Of a stretch of DNA of 64,000 nucleotides, positions 1-10,953 are shown one piece after another. The number at the start of each line of letters is the position of its first letter. The first letter of the stretch is position 1. The DNA lies in IMG/VR virus record IMGVR_UViG_3300032271_000682, positions 25,796 to 89,795 of that record; one strand, written 5' to 3'. The DNA is from a virus. Under the pieces are notes generated by a model, which saw nothing but the letters and a program-made list of their open reading frames with translations, did not search any database and was not told the DNA's origin. Both the position numbers and the translations under genes were made by a program.

Positions 1-875
1 AATGTCGTATGTGCAACCCATGGAATTCTAGTCAGATCGTTAAAGAACACGTTGAACTAGCAGAGAAAAATCCTGAGTATAATGAAGTATGGCGCAAAAC
101 ATTTGGTAAATTTCCTATCACAGTAATGGATGATCAACAATGGTTTGATCATGACATCTTGTGGGATCAAGTTATTTCCTTAATCCCTACCTTAAAAAAA
201 GTCTACATGACCGGCGGTGAACCTACACTTATCAAAAACAACATCAAGTTTATGCAACGTTGCATTGACGCTGGTCGTACAGATATTGTATTGTTCTTTA
301 ATACCAACTGCACAAACATAAACAAAAAGTTTTTAGAATTGATCTCACAATTCAAACAAGTAAACATAAATGCGAGTATGGATGGTATTGGTGTTGTCAA
401 TGAATATATACGTGCGCCGAGTGATTGGAAATTAATCAGTGAGAATATTGAGAAGCTAGCTCAAATGCCCAATATCAATCTGGGAGTTACTCCCACAATT
501 CAAGTGTACAATGTATTCGACATTGTGAATATGTTAAACTGGGTAGATGAACTGAATATTCGTCACGGTAAACAAATCTTTATCGACTTCTTGGTCAATC
601 ATCACCCACATCATCTTGCTGTGCGAATACTAGATGATGAGATGCGAGGAGCTGCATTGGATATGATATCGGGCTATATGGCAGTGACAAAGATCCAGCC
701 TTCAACACAAACATTTAACTCGCTTAAAGGCATCATTGGTTTACTACAGCAGCCGCGAGTTGATGACTGGGAAGAACAATTACATCGATTTAAAGTCTAC
801 ACCAATGCATTGGATGTAGAACGTGGGCAATCTATTACTAATATTGATCAACGACTGGCGGTCTTATGTCACTAA
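1..875 (+). CDS. Radical SAM protein (N-terminus outside window)
   Basis: Window opens on the end of a CxxxCxxC motif (CRMC); MTGGEPT, NTN and ASMDG motifs; paralog of the next gene. Confidence 0.85.
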   Translation, partial: CRMCNPWNSSQIVKEHVELAEKNPEYNEVWRKTFGKFPITVMDDQQWFDHDILWDQVISLIPTLKKVYMTGGEPTLIKNNIKFMQRCIDAGRTDIVLFFNTNCTNINKKFLELISQFKQVNINASMDGIGVVNEYIRAPSDWKLISENIEKLAQMPNINLGVTPTIQVYNVFDIVNMLNWVDELNIRHGKQIFIDFLVNHHPHHLAVRILDDEMRGAALDMISGYMAVTKIQPSTQTFNSLKGIIGLLQQPRVDDWEEQLHRFKVYTNALDVERGQSITNIDQRLAVLCH

Positions 876-2131
876 ACTCAAAGAAAAACTTCTGTATTCA
901 ACCGTGGATACACTTGGCTAGTTACAATGATGGAAGTGTACCGCTATGTTGCATTGCTGAACCTGAGTATGATCTAAATCTGAACAGACAAACCCCAGTT
1001 CAAATATGGAACAGCTCACAGTTTAAAGCTGCAAGACTACAGATTATGAAGGGCGAACGACTATCACAGTGTTCAAGTTGCTGGAAAGAAGAAGATAGCG
1101 GAATAAGAAGCCACAGACAAATTGAAAACTTTATGTGGGAAAAAAAGTTTGGTCTAGAACATCTAGAAGAACTAGTCAATAAGACACACGAAGATGGAAC
1201 AGTTGATCACAAACCTATGACTCTTGATCTACGTTTGTCTAATCTATGTAATCTACAATGTGTGATGTGTCGTCCGCGTGATAGTAGCAAATGGCTAGCA
1301 GATAGCAAAAAGTTAAGTGAAAGTTTAGTTAGTGTGCATGCCAAGAATGACTGGCAACACAAAGCTAACAGTATCTCTAATACAGATATGTTTGACTGGT
1401 TTGAACGTCTAGAAACACAAGAAGCTCTAGAAGAATTCTTAGGCGATATCAGACACATTATTTTTGGTGGTGGTGAGCCACTGCTTATCAAAGAGCACGA
1501 CAGATTTATCAGAAGATTGGTAGAATCAGGAAACTCTAGACGCATATCATTACGTTATCACACTAACGGAACTCAATTGAATGAAGAGATTATTGAATTA
1601 TGGAGTCATTTTGAGCAAGTAGAATTGATGATCAGTCTAGATGATTGGGGACAGCGTAATGAGTATGTCAGATACCCTGCCAAGTGGGCAACAATTAAAA
1701 AGAATCTAGACAGATTGGATACAACTCCTGACAACATTGTTGTCAATATGTTAGCCAGTATACATGCTATGAATATATATAATTTACCTGAGTTTGCAAT
1801 GCTGATGATACACAGTGAATGGAAAAAGATTTGTGTTCGTAACGACAAGATGTTCAATGTGGGTACTGTTCACTGGCCACGATACATGAGTACTAAAGTA
1901 TTACCACAAGATGTTAAGAATACAATCTTAAATTACTGGAATTTATTCACGGAATTAAATAAGCATCAGTACTGGGTGAATCGTGTAAAGCCTCAATTGG
2001 ATTTTATGATGAGCGGTGATGAGTCTAGATTGTATACTGATCTACTAGACTATATTGAAAAGCTAGACGCAATTAGACCTATTAAATTTACTGATGTATA
2101 CAGTGACTACTACAAAATATTAACAGAGTAA
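866..2131 (+). CDS. Radical SAM protein with N-terminal twitch/SPASM-like Cys cluster
   Basis: CNLQCVMC, GGGEPLL, YHTNGT; N-terminal CIQPW...CC...CSSC. Confidence 0.9.
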   Translation: MSLNSKKNFCIQPWIHLASYNDGSVPLCCIAEPEYDLNLNRQTPVQIWNSSQFKAARLQIMKGERLSQCSSCWKEEDSGIRSHRQIENFMWEKKFGLEHLEELVNKTHEDGTVDHKPMTLDLRLSNLCNLQCVMCRPRDSSKWLADSKKLSESLVSVHAKNDWQHKANSISNTDMFDWFERLETQEALEEFLGDIRHIIFGGGEPLLIKEHDRFIRRLVESGNSRRISLRYHTNGTQLNEEIIELWSHFEQVELMISLDDWGQRNEYVRYPAKWATIKKNLDRLDTTPDNIVVNMLASIHAMNIYNLPEFAMLMIHSEWKKICVRNDKMFNVGTVHWPRYMSTKVLPQDVKNTILNYWNLFTELNKHQYWVNRVKPQLDFMMSGDESRLYTDLLDYIEKLDAIRPIKFTDVYSDYYKILTE

Positions 2132-2134
2132 TCT

Positions 2135-3079
2135 ATGACAACTTTACAACTACATTTTTTAGACAATTTAGACAAAAAGCACATTATAAATTTTTTTATC
2201 TATAATAGTAATCTGGCCAAACGCTGGATTGAGCTTACAAAAAAGAATCAAGCTATACCAGAAAAGAGTATTTCTGCTAAGTTTTCAAATGTAAGCCCAA
2301 CTCAAATAGCTAGTGTTAGAAAAAGATTGATTGACTGTATTACTCGAATAAATGAAGTGTACGATGAGCAACTTCCTCTTTATTCGGACGTTGAAACTCT
2401 ACGTACTTCGGAGTTGAACTATCTACATGAACAATTTGAACTTTATGGTGACAGATATGAAAAACTCATGGCAGAAAAAACATACTGGACTCAAGAACTT
2501 CACGAGAATTTCTTACAACTAAATGAATTGATTCATCTACACGAAGATGTTAATCTCAGCGCATCACAGAAATTTCCATCAATGTCGTTACTATATGATT
2601 ATTATCTACAGGGATTACATGAGCCTATACTAGAGTCAGATAAAATATGGTTAAGCAATCAATTTGATTGGGGTCAAGTATATCTAGGATACAACACATT
2701 AGGCAAAGATTGGATGAAAGTCATGGCAGATAACGACTTAGCAGTAATTGAGCGTGAACAAGTTCGACCACAACGACGATTTGCAGCAGAGACCTGGATC
2801 AACTTTGGTCCATATAGTGGAGACTATGCTCTGACTATATTTGAACGTTGGTTAAATGATCTTCCAGAGAGTATACGAAGCAAAGTTCCTGTTGATAATT
2901 TAAATACTATGACTCTTGGAAGATTCAAAATAGGACAAGTTATCATTGATGATTACTTTTTAAAATATAATTCAGACCGCGCTCAGTGGAAAATTTTCAA
3001 CAGTCAAGCTAAACTAGACTGGAACATTAATGTGTTTAGTACTTTTGTAAAATTAATAGATGTAAGATTTTATGACTAA
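2135..3079 (+). CDS. Hypothetical protein of the radical SAM cluster
   Basis: 314-aa ORF tightly packed between radical SAM genes. Confidence 0.75.
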   Translation: MTTLQLHFLDNLDKKHIINFFIYNSNLAKRWIELTKKNQAIPEKSISAKFSNVSPTQIASVRKRLIDCITRINEVYDEQLPLYSDVETLRTSELNYLHEQFELYGDRYEKLMAEKTYWTQELHENFLQLNELIHLHEDVNLSASQKFPSMSLLYDYYLQGLHEPILESDKIWLSNQFDWGQVYLGYNTLGKDWMKVMADNDLAVIEREQVRPQRRFAAETWINFGPYSGDYALTIFERWLNDLPESIRSKVPVDNLNTMTLGRFKIGQVIIDDYFLKYNSDRAQWKIFNSQAKLDWNINVFSTFVKLIDVRFYD

Positions 3080-4160
3080 GCAAATAATTAGCATCAAACG
3101 AAAATCTAATGTATGTCAACTAACATGGATACTAAACAACATCTGTACTAATCATTGCGATTATTGTCCTCCTACTCTACACAGCGGAACAAATCATCAT
3201 TATGATTGGGTTATAGCCAAAAATTTTGTAGATCGCTTGATGAATAGATACTCTCAAATACATTGCACGATTAGTGGAGGAGAACCTACTTTATCTCCTC
3301 ATTTTCCGGAATTAGTAAAGATGTTTCATGATCGTGGACATACCGTGGGTATTACCTCTAATGGTGCTCGTACAGTTAGATACTGGGAAGAAGTAGCACC
3401 ACTTTTGTCCTACATCTGTTTTTCATATCACCCTAGTTTTCACGATAAAGAATTTTTAGACAAAGCAATAGCTGCCGCCAAACATACACAAGTAACTGTA
3501 CGAGTTATGATGGACAGTCGTCACTGGGCTCGCTCAGTTGAAATGTTCAATGAATGCTATAATAATCCTGTCTTGTGTGTAGAGGCTGTTAAAATATTGG
3601 CAGAAACATCGATGCGTAGTGGAGTTGGAGAAGACTACAGTACTGAGCAACTTGAATGGATATCTAGTCAACGATTGAAATTTTCAACGTTGCGTCAGTA
3701 TAAAGATAATCCAAACTGGAAACAAGCTGAGATTGACGCAGTGGGTTATTATGATGATGGCTCAGTCGATTCTAGTATAGACACTAATTACTTAGTGTCT
3801 ACTGGTCAAACTGATTTTCGTGGATGGGCATGCAACATAGGATTAGAAAGTTTATTTGTACACTGGGATGGATTTGTAAAGAAGGGTAATTGTATGCAGG
3901 GCGGTAACTTATTTCATCTTAATGATCATGAACAACATGAATTACCATCTACTGGAGAAATTTGTTTACAGAATCTATGTAGTTGTGGAACGGATGTACT
4001 AATCACCAAAGCGGCAATGTTAGATAAAGAACATCCATATATTGTACAAAATCAGTATGTCAGACCAGTACTCAACAATGAACAATACAAGCAAATGTTC
4101 TACGATAAAAATGAAAAAGTGATAGGAGCAAAAGTAATTAGGATAGTGAAAGATGAATGA
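3072..4160 (+). CDS. Radical SAM protein with C-terminal SPASM-like Cys cluster
   Basis: CTNHCDYC, SGGEPT, ITSNG; C-terminal C..G, CxxxxCxC. Confidence 0.9.
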   Translation: MTKQIISIKRKSNVCQLTWILNNICTNHCDYCPPTLHSGTNHHYDWVIAKNFVDRLMNRYSQIHCTISGGEPTLSPHFPELVKMFHDRGHTVGITSNGARTVRYWEEVAPLLSYICFSYHPSFHDKEFLDKAIAAAKHTQVTVRVMMDSRHWARSVEMFNECYNNPVLCVEAVKILAETSMRSGVGEDYSTEQLEWISSQRLKFSTLRQYKDNPNWKQAEIDAVGYYDDGSVDSSIDTNYLVSTGQTDFRGWACNIGLESLFVHWDGFVKKGNCMQGGNLFHLNDHEQHELPSTGEICLQNLCSCGTDVLITKAAMLDKEHPYIVQNQYVRPVLNNEQYKQMFYDKNEKVIGAKVIRIVKDE

Positions 4161-4830
4161 AGCACTATTAGAATTTATAAGAGTAAACACAAAAAATCAA
4201 TGGCACCCAATAATTTTACCACAAGATTTATGGAAGAGTAACTGGCCATGGGCTCCTATAATACCAAATGAGTCTATTACATCAGTGATATTAGAAGAAC
4301 TAGCAGCAGTTGATCATCTATTTGTAGATCATCGTGCTAACGACAAGATCAATAGTTATGGTCACGAAGGTTGGGCCGCGCTTACACTACATGGAATTAA
4401 TTACGATAAGACAGAGAACTATGATCGGTATGGATTTAAGACCGAGCAAGAGGCAGATTATCACTGGACTTCTGTGTGTGATCAATTATCTGATACTGTA
4501 GAGTTAATAAAACGTTTGCCATTCACTAATTGGGGGCGTGTGCGTATTATGAGACTAGCACCTAATGGTTACATTATGCCACATACAGACGGCACAGGAA
4601 GGATATTTGGACCATGTAACTTTGCTCTGACTAACCCAGAGGGATGTGAGTTTGTATTTGAAGATCACGGTCGAGTACCATTTGAACAGGGTCGTGGGTT
4701 TATGCTTGACTTAGGAATTAAACATGCTGTATACAACAATTCAGATGAATACAGATATCATGTTATAATACATGGCAAACCATATTCAGACATAAATTCC
4801 ATAGTAAAACAATCAATTGAAAAATTATGA
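4153..4830 (+). CDS. 2OG-Fe(II) oxygenase (Asp/Asn beta-hydroxylase-like)
   Basis: IMPHTD (HxD), distal HAVYN and RYHVIIH. Confidence 0.8.
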   Translation: MNEALLEFIRVNTKNQWHPIILPQDLWKSNWPWAPIIPNESITSVILEELAAVDHLFVDHRANDKINSYGHEGWAALTLHGINYDKTENYDRYGFKTEQEADYHWTSVCDQLSDTVELIKRLPFTNWGRVRIMRLAPNGYIMPHTDGTGRIFGPCNFALTNPEGCEFVFEDHGRVPFEQGRGFMLDLGIKHAVYNNSDEYRYHVIIHGKPYSDINSIVKQSIEKL

Positions 4831-6224
4831 ACATTATAGACAAACGATTTAGCAATCAGATAAAACTGGCAATTTGTATTTTCCCCAGTGATATACTCAA
4901 GAACGAAATTCTTGCCGAGAAAATGACAGAGTATACTCGCTTCTACGCACTACGTTTCAATCAAATATTAGAGACTGATAGTACGCTGGACGTACATTAT
5001 GCTTCAACAATTGAAGCTGCACTAGAACAATACAGTGACAAGTACGATCATCTGCTATTAATGGCGGCCGGTGTTCGTATATTCAAAATGGACATTTTAT
5101 TTGATATTGAGCAAATGATACTAGATAATCCAAACTACTTCTGTGCAGCACATATATTAGACTGGAAAGAACGTTGGTTTGAGTTACATCATCAGTTTGT
5201 ATTAGTAAACACTCAGCAGTGGAAGAAATGTGGTCGTCCTGAGTACGGAGGATGGACTGAAGCTATAGAAGAATTACCTGTGATAGAACGTAGTGTAGAA
5301 AACTTTCATGATGACTACACACCGTTATGGATTAAATTCACCGGTGAGTATTCACAACAACGTCATCAAGTACAGGGTTGGAATTTTATTAATGTAGCAG
5401 CAAGACATGACATGGAAATCTTAAATTGGCCACAGCACATTAGACTTAAGCGTACATACTATTATCCAGAGAGTCAAAGCGATGATTTCTTAAATAGTTT
5501 AAATACTTTAGATGTCACAAAAATTACAAACCCTAATCAACAAAGACTGATAGAGTCATGTAATGCCGTCAGACATCAAATTTGGGTAATCAATAGTGAA
5601 CATATGAGATTCATTGATACAGAAGAAACTTACGATACGGTAGTAACAACCGCCAGTGGTTTTAAGTTTCTAGACGCTTATCATAGTAATTTATTGTTTT
5701 GTGGAGTATGCCGACACTGTGATGAATCAAGCAAGTTGATTATTTATGATTTTAACCCACTTAGCATTGCTTGGGTAAAATATCTACACAGTAGTGATAA
5801 TGAAAATATTGCTGAGTTAGTTGAGACGTTTGAACATCGTCAGCACTTTAAGATATTAGGTGATGATGTGTTTAGTTCAACCGGCTCTTATACTAAATCA
5901 TTCAGTGATGGGTTAGAGATTACCAAAGAATATTTTGGAGGACACAGTAACTTTATAGCACTACTGCGACAATTCAGACAGTCACGAGTAGAATTTATAT
6001 TGAGTGATCTTTATAACGCTTCTCAAGAATTAATTGTTCATTTCAGAGGTAAAACACTGTTCAATATATCAAACATATTCTGTACTGATGTGGGCAATGC
6101 CTATTATGGAATGAGAGAGACAAAGCTAAGATATCGACGATTACTAGACAGTATTAGCGTTGACTGTACTATTGTTGGGCATGATGCTGACTGTGAACAA
6201 ATTAGTTTAAGAATTAATAACTAA
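4827..6224 (+). CDS. Hypothetical protein, possibly glycosyltransferase/methyltransferase-like
   Basis: 465-aa ORF coupled to the oxygenase; no diagnostic motif recognised. Confidence 0.6.
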   Translation: MNIIDKRFSNQIKLAICIFPSDILKNEILAEKMTEYTRFYALRFNQILETDSTLDVHYASTIEAALEQYSDKYDHLLLMAAGVRIFKMDILFDIEQMILDNPNYFCAAHILDWKERWFELHHQFVLVNTQQWKKCGRPEYGGWTEAIEELPVIERSVENFHDDYTPLWIKFTGEYSQQRHQVQGWNFINVAARHDMEILNWPQHIRLKRTYYYPESQSDDFLNSLNTLDVTKITNPNQQRLIESCNAVRHQIWVINSEHMRFIDTEETYDTVVTTASGFKFLDAYHSNLLFCGVCRHCDESSKLIIYDFNPLSIAWVKYLHSSDNENIAELVETFEHRQHFKILGDDVFSSTGSYTKSFSDGLEITKEYFGGHSNFIALLRQFRQSRVEFILSDLYNASQELIVHFRGKTLFNISNIFCTDVGNAYYGMRETKLRYRRLLDSISVDCTIVGHDADCEQISLRINN

Positions 6225-6875
6225 TTATTTTCGCCAGATGCTCATGTAACGTGTGTATTCTTTTGTGTGCAAATGCCCACTAAAGAGTGCATCACGTACA
6301 TAATTAGCATCCATAAATTCATTTAGATTATTATTACAGCGAATATGTTCGGGACAACTGAAATAATTATTGCTTTGAGCTACTATCAAACTACCAGTAG
6401 CAATTCTGTCATACCACTCAGTATATGCTTCTTGAGTAAGATGTTCACATACAGTATTAATAACCACATCACTTGTAATACCCCAGTCATAGTCGTAGCG
6501 AGTCATGTCAGCAGTTACGGCTTTAAAGCGCCATCCATCCATTTCATAGGGTTTATTAATCGTATCAGCTATCTCTTCACATAGTGGATCCATATCAATG
6601 CTACGAATCTTTTTAACTGGTATTTTGCTATTGAATAACATTGATGATAACACTCCAGTCCACCCACCGAAGATATAAACGTTGCTTGAATGCTCTACAT
6701 AGTATGATAAACAATGAATTAACCATCCTTTGCTTAATAGTTGTCCTGAATAAAATGATTCAAGAGCACGAGTTCGTCGTTCTTCTGATAAATTTCTAAT
6801 GGAATTAAACCACGCTGCTATATCTTCTAGATTAATTGATAAATTATTAGTAAATGTTTTCATATCGGTTTTCAT
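6225..6875 (-). CDS. Class I SAM-dependent methyltransferase
   Basis: VYIFGGWTG motif I, SIDMD, TADM, VINTVCEH; start placed at MKTDMK. Confidence 0.8.
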   Translation of the reverse strand: MKTDMKTFTNNLSINLEDIAAWFNSIRNLSEERRTRALESFYSGQLLSKGWLIHCLSYYVEHSSNVYIFGGWTGVLSSMLFNSKIPVKKIRSIDMDPLCEEIADTINKPYEMDGWRFKAVTADMTRYDYDWGITSDVVINTVCEHLTQEAYTEWYDRIATGSLIVAQSNNYFSCPEHIRCNNNLNEFMDANYVRDALFSGHLHTKEYTRYMSIWRK

Positions 6876-6915
6876 ATAAATATTTAGTGTTCTAGATATA
6901 GTATTAAATATTATC

Positions 6916-9900
6916 ATGATGATAGATAGAACAGAACAAAATCGTAGAAAGCAATTAAATGAAAGTGGTCATTGGGAAATTCCTGATAATTTAGATACTA
7001 GTAATTTTGATTTTAATTGGCGTCCACATGACAATGAAAGACCATATATACATCAATTCGGAACACAATGGCAACGAACTGGTGGACCAAGATATATAGT
7101 TTCTGAACACGAGGGAATCAAATATCAATCTGTTCAACATGCAATTAGACTTTCAGATACTAGCAACTTTAAAAAATTAATTGAAGAAGAAATTGAATTT
7201 GATTATAGTTGGCACCCAGACGATACAGAACCATCGCTAATATATATATTTGGTAATAAATGGAACGATCCAGCTACAGAACCAACTATTGAATATAGAT
7301 CAGAAAGTGCTACTGACTTAAAATACATGTCTGAGCCAATCGCCACAGTTTTTTCTAATTTACATAATTGGAAAATTTTAATCAAGGGTGCAACAATAGA
7401 CCAAAGCTGGAGACCTAACCCATTTGATCCTCCCTATATATATGTATTCGGTAATCAATGGAACGATCCAGCTACAGAACCAACTATTGAATATAGAGTA
7501 ACTGAGTTAGCAGTTGATAGAAAGTATATGAATAATATGATAGCTATTGTTCCGTCAACAACTGAAAATTGGCATATACTTATTGATGGAGCAACAATAG
7601 ACCAAAGCTGGAGACCTAACCCATTTGATCCTCCCTATATCTATGTATGGGGTAATCAATGGAACGATCCAGCTACAGAACCGACAATTGAATATAGAGT
7701 TTCGGGAGCCGTTGATAGAAAGTATATGAATAATATGATAGCTATTGTTCCGTCAACAACTGAAAATTGGACAGTGTTCGTAGAAGATGATTACAAAACT
7801 TTTGATTTTAGTTGGAGACCTAATCCGCACGCACCCTCTCAAATTTATCAATGGGAAAATAATGGTCCAATGTATACAATGAAAGATGCAGTTCATGTAT
7901 CATTGATGACTAGATCAGATATAAATCAAAGTAATGTGTCTAGATATAAAATAGAAACTACACTAGAACATCTGATTGAACAGCATCCAACTGAAGTATT
8001 CTGGGCACTAAACTCGGAACTGAATTACGATCAGTTTGATTTTAATTGGAGACCAACAGAAGAAAATTTTAGACATATTAATGTATTTGGAAATGCATTG
8101 AGCAAAGATGTAACTACATATTATGTAAATGGCCCAGCTTTTATTAAAGGATTCAGAGAATATAATTATATCGACAATCATCAAATTGAAATCACTACTG
8201 ATATTGATATGTTTTATATTATTAAAGGATCATCTATAGATCAATACGAAGAATTAAAACTACAGTTTCCTAAGTTACAAAAAACAAGATACTTAAACAG
8301 TTGGGTTGATACCATTAATCGTTGTGTTAAAAAAGCTACTACTAAGTTGATTTGGATACTTAGTAGTGAGGTTGATTATACTGACTTTAAGTTTGATTTT
8401 TATCCTACTACGTGGCAACGTAATATGATTCATGTATTTGGAACTCAATGGTCACACTGGGGTAATACCTATATGATTAACACTGAGACTTTTGAAGAAG
8501 ATACCAAATATGTTAAGATCATTGAACATTTAACAAATATTAATTTTGTAAGAAAACGTATAGCAAAGATTACTCAATGTCTTTATGACATTGTGTATAT
8601 AGATCATGGCAATGCTAGTATCTCACTAGATCAGCTCAAACAAAAATGTCCAAACAGTACAGTTACTATTTTAAAATATAACGATAGTTATCTTAAAACG
8701 TTAAGCAATTGGACATCAACGCTTAATGTATTTGAAATCAAGCAAGAGCATTATCTATGGGTATGTAGTAGCTTATGTGACTATAGTGAATTTGATTTTA
8801 CATGGGCTAGTGATCCATTTAAACAAGAACAATTACATGTGTTTTCTAGTAAGCTTGGAACTGACAGACAAAAATTTGGTGATACTTTTCTATTGAATTT
8901 AAATACATTCAAGAAAGAAGCAGAGTTTCTATCTAAGCTTGAAGATTATAGTTGTTCAATAGATTATATTGGACATATTTCTGCTCGTCGATTACCACAT
9001 CCAGTTATAGAACATGATCATGATAGTCAAGTTATTGCTATTAAAGAAATTAAAAACAGAACTTGGCCCTATTATGAATTAATTAATCGTGATAGCAAAC
9101 CAGTTAAAAATCAATTCATAGTGCCTAATATGTGGAATGTTCATGAAAGACAAGTACTAGTATCTAGTACTGGTGCAAGTAGAATTGTTGTTCCAGAAGT
9201 CGCTATAGATTATATTCACAGCGAAGTATATGATTATCATAATATTCAAGAAATGGATCAAGTTGATCAGTCTAAGCCATTGGATATAATATTTTTTAGT
9301 AATAATGAGCCAGCAGCAGAAGAGAATTTTATACATTTGTCTAATTTAGTAAAGAGTAAAAAACTATCAAACAAACTACACTGGGTCAAAAATGTTAGTG
9401 GCAGAGTAGCAAGCCAACACGCAGCTGCTAATACAAGTGAGACCAGTTGGTATTTCTTAGTCAATGGTAAACTTCGTATAAATGAAAAGTTTGACTTTAA
9501 TTGGCAACCAGATAGATTACAAAGAGCAAAGCATTACATATTCTCTGCTACTAATCCAGTCAATGGATTAGAATACGGTCATCAAGCAATAGTAGCCAAT
9601 AATCGAACATTGACATTGAATACTATTGTACAGGGATTAGATTTTACACTTGACAGTCCACACGAGGTTGTAGAGATGAATTGTGGAGTAGCAAGATTTA
9701 ATACTGACCCATGGACTACGTGGCGTACTGCGTTTCGAGAAGTAATCAAATTAAGTTGTAATACAGATGAAGCATCAGTCGAACGCTTACGTGCTTGGGT
9801 AAACATAGGCAATGGAGCGAACGGTGAATGGTCTATTAAAGGTGCACAAGACGCAGTATCATACTATGATAAAGTCAATGGCAATTTAACTGAACTTATG

Positions 9901-9954
9901 AAGAGTTATGACTGGCAATGGTTAGAAAAATTATATAAAAAACGTTATTGTTGA
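6916..9954 (+). CDS. Large repeat-containing protein with C-terminal glycosyltransferase-like domain
   Basis: Repeated F-D-F-x-W-x-P / YxFGNQW units; C-terminal DIIFFSNNEP...WRTAFRE region. Confidence 0.7.
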   Translation: MMIDRTEQNRRKQLNESGHWEIPDNLDTSNFDFNWRPHDNERPYIHQFGTQWQRTGGPRYIVSEHEGIKYQSVQHAIRLSDTSNFKKLIEEEIEFDYSWHPDDTEPSLIYIFGNKWNDPATEPTIEYRSESATDLKYMSEPIATVFSNLHNWKILIKGATIDQSWRPNPFDPPYIYVFGNQWNDPATEPTIEYRVTELAVDRKYMNNMIAIVPSTTENWHILIDGATIDQSWRPNPFDPPYIYVWGNQWNDPATEPTIEYRVSGAVDRKYMNNMIAIVPSTTENWTVFVEDDYKTFDFSWRPNPHAPSQIYQWENNGPMYTMKDAVHVSLMTRSDINQSNVSRYKIETTLEHLIEQHPTEVFWALNSELNYDQFDFNWRPTEENFRHINVFGNALSKDVTTYYVNGPAFIKGFREYNYIDNHQIEITTDIDMFYIIKGSSIDQYEELKLQFPKLQKTRYLNSWVDTINRCVKKATTKLIWILSSEVDYTDFKFDFYPTTWQRNMIHVFGTQWSHWGNTYMINTETFEEDTKYVKIIEHLTNINFVRKRIAKITQCLYDIVYIDHGNASISLDQLKQKCPNSTVTILKYNDSYLKTLSNWTSTLNVFEIKQEHYLWVCSSLCDYSEFDFTWASDPFKQEQLHVFSSKLGTDRQKFGDTFLLNLNTFKKEAEFLSKLEDYSCSIDYIGHISARRLPHPVIEHDHDSQVIAIKEIKNRTWPYYELINRDSKPVKNQFIVPNMWNVHERQVLVSSTGASRIVVPEVAIDYIHSEVYDYHNIQEMDQVDQSKPLDIIFFSNNEPAAEENFIHLSNLVKSKKLSNKLHWVKNVSGRVASQHAAANTSETSWYFLVNGKLRINEKFDFNWQPDRLQRAKHYIFSATNPVNGLEYGHQAIVANNRTLTLNTIVQGLDFTLDSPHEVVEMNCGVARFNTDPWTTWRTAFREVIKLSCNTDEASVERLRAWVNIGNGANGEWSIKGAQDAVSYYDKVNGNLTELMKSYDWQWLEKLYKKRYC
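7261..7770 (+). repeat. Intragenic tandem repeat, period about 198-201 bp
   Basis: tggaacgatccagctacagaacc at 7261, 7459 and 7660; 7390-7572 nearly identical to 7591-7770. Confidence 0.9.
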
Positions 9955-9956
9955 TT

Positions 9957-10625
9957 TTATGCTGATCTCAACAGCGCGGAATCTATAAAAACTGGATCAG
10001 TTATTACTAATGTACCATCTGATCTAGCCATTACATTGGCAGCATGAAGATCGGGTTCAAAGTCTCCAGAGTTAATCAATGTTTTTGCTATGTCTAATGC
10101 GTCGATCCATTGAGGATGAGTTGATCCCCAATTTATATAAAAACTACTATCTTTATATTTTGGACTATTAGTCATATCGCTTGGCATGCCACTATTTCTT
10201 AGTACACTATTTGACCATTTAATTATTCTTATATCATCATCGTTAGTAACTGGAGTAAGCTTTTCCATTCTAATAGCTGATACTTCAGGAGTAACAGAAA
10301 CTATTCGTTTACTAATAAATTTGGGCATGTGAACGTTATTTGTGTGTTTACGTGCGGTTGATATCCAAGCAGTATAGGCAGTATCGGTTGAGATAAACAC
10401 TTTAAGAACATAAGATAATTTTGAATGACTCCATACTGTCCCAAAACCGCCTGAGCCCAATGGGTGAAATCCATTCTTTAGTAGTACGTCATGCCATTCA
10501 ACTCCCATAGGATAGGGACTATCACTATTTCTGATTCTTTTAGGAACAGGCAAATCTTTAATTTGACTTTTAATGCCAATTAATTCTGTCAATGTATCTT
10601 CTAGTATGATTTCTGTTATTTTCAT
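9957..10625 (-). CDS. Ser/Thr kinase-like protein (T7 gp0.7-like)
   Basis: GSGGFG loop, VLKV, DLHAANVM catalytic loop, ITDPV. Confidence 0.8.
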   Translation of the reverse strand: MKITEIILEDTLTELIGIKSQIKDLPVPKRIRNSDSPYPMGVEWHDVLLKNGFHPLGSGGFGTVWSHSKLSYVLKVFISTDTAYTAWISTARKHTNNVHMPKFISKRIVSVTPEVSAIRMEKLTPVTNDDDIRIIKWSNSVLRNSGMPSDMTNSPKYKDSSFYINWGSTHPQWIDALDIAKTLINSGDFEPDLHAANVMARSDGTLVITDPVFIDSALLRSA

Positions 10626-10948
10626 TATGAAAAATATGATCCACTTAACTGTTTATCTTGTTCTATTTTTTGTGCTATTGCCAATTTAACTTCTTCACAG
10701 GGATTGATTTTACAATATTTCATAAATTCCAAAGTTTTTTCAGGAGATTCAAATGAATCAATTGCGCCACCCCATGTGCCCCACGTTCCTGGTTGTTCTA
10801 CTTTTCGTGATCGATGAGCGATACACAATCGTTCGGTGTCAAGTGCTAAGAAAATACATCCAGCGCCTTGTCTGCCCCAAAATCCAGTCTGCTTTAATGC
10901 ATCTCGATGCTCGGAGTCGTTTTCAATGAGGAATTCGTATGATTTCAT
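10625..10948 (-). pseudogene. Truncated/chimeric NUDIX hydrolase
   Basis: GAGCIF...HRS..V..PGTWGTWGGAIDSFESPE starts a Nudix box, but REUxEExG is missing. Confidence 0.6.
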
Positions 10949-10953
10949 AATTA

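Noticed and set aside
7261-7770. CRISPR-like or DGR template/variable repeats
   Set aside because: Repeats are in-frame coding duplications, differences are not adenine-specific, and no reverse transcriptase is in the window.
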